A stretch of DNA of 57,524 bases, from the IMG/VR virus record IMGVR_UViG_3300020382_000273, positions 1 to 57,524 of that record; one strand, written 5' to 3'. The DNA is from a virus. Lineage: Duplodnaviria > Caudoviricetes. Below are positions 57,092 through 57,524 of this stretch, one piece after another (position 1 is the stretch's first letter; every line of letters begins with the position of its first letter). Made by a program: the position numbers and the translations under genes. The notes beneath the pieces are model-generated. The model searched no databases. It saw nothing but the letters and a program-made list of their open reading frames with translations, and was not told the DNA's origin.

Positions 57092-57400
57092 ATGACAGTA
57101 AACGAAGCATCAACACAGGAACAAACAAGATTTGAACAAGACTGGTTTCAGCCTATGAATATCAACGGTATGGAGTCTAACAAAGGTTATTATAATTTAA
57201 TCGTATCAATTAGAGATGTATCTCTATGGATCAAAGGATTAAAGCCTCATCGAAATTGGTATTTAACAGATGTAAAAAAGTATTTCGGTATCAAGGGAAA
57301 CGCACAAACAGTTTTAGATATATTAAACCATCACAAAGAATATATTCACGACACTATGGAAGCTGATTTAGAAAATGAAGAAGATTCTAGAAACAGCTAG
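57092..57400 (+). CDS. Hypothetical early protein
   Basis: 102-aa ORF with a good start context. Confidence 0.7.
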   Translation: MTVNEASTQEQTRFEQDWFQPMNINGMESNKGYYNLIVSIRDVSLWIKGLKPHRNWYLTDVKKYFGIKGNAQTVLDILNHHKEYIHDTMEADLENEEDSRNS

Positions 57401-57412
57401 AATATAATCCCA

Positions 57413-57447
57413 TCAAACAACTTGCTTAGAAATAAGCGAGTTTTTGA
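57413..57447 (+). terminator. GAAA-tetraloop hairpin/terminator
   Basis: AACTTGCTTA-GAAA-TAAGCGAGTT followed by TTT. Confidence 0.6.
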
Positions 57448-57524
57448 AGGTGAAAGTCAGTATTAATTAAATAAACATTATGAATAAAAAAGATAAAAAT
57501 TTTATGATCCGAACTTTGTTAATA

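Larger units (their letters stand above)
1..57524. mobile_element. Tailed dsDNA bacteriophage genome (near-complete), probable Bacteroidota/Flavobacteriia podovirus encoding GroEL/GroES
   Basis: Terminase, portal, scaffold, capsid, tail, lysis and replication modules lie in two strand-coherent blocks. No host housekeeping genes. Bacteroidota-type TAnnTTTG promoters. Confidence 0.93.

Noticed and set aside
1-57524. Prophage status, tRNAs, or stop-codon reassignment
   Set aside because: No integrase, att sites or host genes; no cloverleaf seen; long ORFs are intact under the standard code and TAA, TAG and TGA all act as stops

Overview
This window looks like most or all of an AT-rich (roughly 30% GC by eye) lytic tailed dsDNA phage, most likely a podovirus-type virus of a marine Flavobacteriia/Bacteroidota host. 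Host evidence is the recurring TAnnTTTG -7 promoter boxes and the A-rich, SD-less start contexts. Plus strand (56.9 kb to the end, and 1-10.9 kb): small early membrane and lipoprotein genes, a 3D-domain protein, two DnaA-domain-IV-like proteins, a Sak/RecE/SSB recombination module, a VirE-N/PriCT/SF3 primase-helicase, an SF2 helicase, and VRR-NUC and HNH nucleases. I recognised no DNA polymerase, integrase, methyltransferase, tRNA or CRISPR array. Minus strand (56.4 to 10.9 kb): groEL, a Zn-finger ORF and groES, a run of 12 tiny mostly basic ORFs, a lysis cassette, two tail fibres, a second GroES-like gene, terminase, portal, scaffold, major capsid protein, ring proteins, an apparently split nozzle protein and three putative ejection proteins. 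The most notable signals are: (1) a probable overprinted MPFK-type gene nested in the 2221-aa ejection protein; (2) a pair of inverted homologous AACAT-iteron elements, one before the primase-helicase and one next to groEL, suggesting a bipartite origin or autoregulation; (3) the basic microprotein array; (4) an A10 slippery site with an open -1 frame; (5) apparent systematic CATG avoidance. All product calls come from reading motifs, not from database searches.
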